Below, one piece after another: positions 47,137-48,026 of a stretch of 48,026 nt of DNA. How positions within the stretch are numbered: the first letter of the stretch is position 1; each line of letters starts with the position of its first letter. The stretch lies in the NCBI GenBank assembly GCA_025603075.1, contig MU626407.1, forward strand, positions 1 to 48,026, in the 5' to 3' direction. A program made the translations under genes and the position numbers. This stretch comes from Neoconidiobolus thromboides FSU 785 (taxonomy: Eukaryota > Fungi > Entomophthoromycota). A model generated the notes under the pieces. That model did no database searches. It had not been told where the DNA came from and worked only from the letters and a program-made list of their open reading frames with translations.

Positions 47137-47239
47137 ATATGGGGATGTTTTTTTTGACTTCATTACTTCCATTTTTAAACAATATTCGAGTGGAAAGATT
47201 ATTAGTAAAATTCTTAAACACAAAAATACATTCCCATAT
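47137..47239 (-). mobile_element. MITE-like element, family 1, copy 11
   Basis: ATATGGGGATGTTTTTTTTGACTTCATTAC...TTCTTAAACACAAAAATACATTCCCATAT; both termini intact. Confidence 0.85.
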
Positions 47240-47712
47240 TTTATTTTTAATAAAATAAAATAAACATTTTTATTATAAAATTGATTAATTAACTAGTTTT
47301 TAATTATTTGATACTAAAAAGATAAACAATACAATGAACATGTTATCAAAAAATTACACAATTAAATTAACAAAAAAATAAAATTATAACTTCTAAATAT
47401 AAAAAACTTACTAAATTTTTATTGTTCTATCTCATAACATTTTTTAAAAATAATCTATAAAGCTAACAAAAAATATTAGCTATAAAAAATTAGTAATGTG
47501 AATATTTTATATTTCTAAAATTTACTTTATTTATAAGTATTATTTATATATAAATAAAAATAGCTGAAATTAAAAATATGTTGTGTAAAAAAGTAAACTC
47601 TTAAACACTTTAAAAAAATGCGGTTTTTGTAAATAAATAGTTTTTATCCTTGATAATTTAGTAAATATTTAATATTTAATGTTTGATAAGCTATACTGAT
47701 TAGATATTTTTT

Positions 47713-47760
47713 ATTTAAAAAATGGAAAAAATAATGAAGTCAAAAAAAACACCCCCATAT
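47713..47760 (+). mobile_element. MITE-like element, family 1, copy 12 (right half only)
   Basis: TTTAAAAAATGGAAAAAATAATGAAGTCAAAAAAAACACCCCCATAT. Confidence 0.72.
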
Positions 47761-48026
47761 AATGTAATAGGCTATGGACTATGTGAAATCTGGTATTCAG
47801 GGTTTGGAGTCAAGAACAGCTATTGCTGGGTTGACTACACTATAAGTCGAAAGGTCTTAGTTTATGTGACTAAGATAGACTTGGATTATGAAGAATAGCA
47901 CGTAATAGGTTACAAGCTATATAAGACAAATAGAATAGACAACACTAATGTAAAATCTACGTAAAATACTATTAAGAAAACTTAGTGGCTTTATTAAATG
48001 TTCGAGATATCAGGGAATAATTCAGT

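Noticed and set aside
66-47760. Recurrent ~105-bp repeat considered as a CRISPR array or satellite
   Set aside because: Eukaryotic context; copies are dispersed, in both orientations, with no regular spacers and no cas genes.
47761-48026. Slightly GC-richer terminal segment, possible LTR or TE edge
   Set aside because: Truncated by the window end, with stops in the frames I read and no diagnostic motif.

Overview
This is an AT-rich eukaryotic window with short GT-AG introns and the standard genetic code. The gene content is fungal (Sla2, Pop3-like, Mak3, Oxp1); an early-diverging fungus such as an entomophthoralean (Conidiobolus-like) is my inference, not something the sequence proves. The window has two compartments. 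Positions 1 to ~16.8 kb are gene-sparse. They carry six intronless secreted low-complexity proteins arranged as three adjacent paralog pairs (Lys/Tyr-rich, Thr/Ser-rich with acidic Tyr repeats, Gly/Tyr-rich), interleaved with four tRNA genes and several small inverted-repeat elements. Positions ~16.9-46.4 kb are dense with mostly conserved genes: Rho GTPase, Pop3-like, LRR-RhoGEF, tRNA-Glu, an ER-type UDP-glycosyltransferase, a multipass membrane protein, a PIP kinase with an N-terminal membrane anchor, polyprenol reductase, a CobW GTPase, Naa30, a DUF4436-like protein, a small mitochondrial-type protein, Sla2 and 5-oxoprolinase. A ~105-bp MITE-like element occurs about 12 times, always outside coding exons. 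The best candidate for an undescribed system is the six-gene secreted cluster, which may encode a multi-component, tyrosine-crosslinked spore coat or adhesive. The membrane-anchored PIP kinase, the animal-topology UGT and the channel-like DUF4436 protein come next. All family assignments come from motif recognition by eye; no searches were run.
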